Origin: Octopus vulgaris
Taxonomy: Eukaryota
DNA: 64,000 nucleotides
Assembly: GCA_951406725.2 (NCBI GenBank)
Contig: OX597819.1
Span: 84,816,001-84,880,000 of the forward strand
Direction of reading: 5' to 3'
The notes under the pieces are model-generated. The model was not told the origin of the DNA. It saw only the letters and a list, made by a program, of their open reading frames with translations, and ran no database searches. The translations under genes were made by a program, and so were the position numbers. Of the stretch, positions 63,436-64,000 are shown one piece after another (the first letter of the stretch is position 1; every line of letters starts with the position of its first letter).

Positions 63436-64000
63436 ACTAAATCGGACCTTCAACTTTTAATATTATTACTGAAGAATAATGATATTTATTTGTAATTTTT
63501 TACATTCTAAGTTCAAATCCTGTTGTGCTTGGCTTTGCTTTCATCTTTCTAGGCTTGATAAAATAAGTACCAGTATATTAAGTGGGGTGGGGGAGGGATA
63601 GTAGAGGAAAGTCAATCATATTGACTTCCCTCTTGAAACATGTATGACTTTATGCTTACATCAAAGACCATTATTAGTAAAGAATAACGAAAGTCATTTA
63701 CCATTTATGGCTTTTTTTCAAAATGGTTAAGTTCAAAATATTTATTCCAATGAAAAATGTTTTTAGTTCTTCCTAAAAAAAAAAAGAAAAGAAAAAAACA
63801 AAAAAAAAAGACATGTAATGCAATGAATAGAATAGAGCTGAGATATGAAACAAATGAATGGATAGGTTACTGTACACTAGCAACTCATAGATGTGTGAGG
63901 ATCAAATCTACTATAGGTATTTTATTCTTTTACATGATTAGGTGCCATGTATTTTAGGTATAGAGTGAAGGCGCATGGCTCAGTGGTTAGAGCGTTGGGA

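Noticed and set aside
63968-64000. tRNA-like sequence ggcgcatggctcagtggttagagcg
   Set aside because: Truncated by the window edge and matches SINE heads; no cloverleaf demonstrable

Overview
AT-rich, repeat-dense eukaryotic genomic DNA. The tRNA-derived SINEs, TTAA MITEs and RTE/CR1 fragments strongly resemble those of Octopus (inference from repeat content; species not determinable). Reading splice sites by hand recovers two multi-exon, tail-to-tail paralogous genes that the ORF track shows only as fragments. Both encode an RRM followed by an extended-Tudor (eTudor) domain, a TDRD10/Vreteno-like architecture, and share intron positions and phases. The minus-strand copy (~33.5-62.7 kb) appears intact and has a probable second, N-terminal RRM. 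The plus-strand copy (~0.9-24.2 kb, 5' end not resolved) has intact RRM exons but a decayed Tudor core: a dead AG->AA acceptor, frameshifts and loss of the conserved Arg. Its flanking exons can still splice in frame around the damage, giving a putative Tudor-less protein. Introns hold three ~1.05-kb copies of one deleted piggyBac (two inverted around the Tudor exons of the intact gene), a second mini-piggyBac, hAT/mariner/Helitron elements, LINE fragments, many SINEs and several long hairpins. Exon models come from manual translation and GT/AG phase matching, with no database or RNA evidence.
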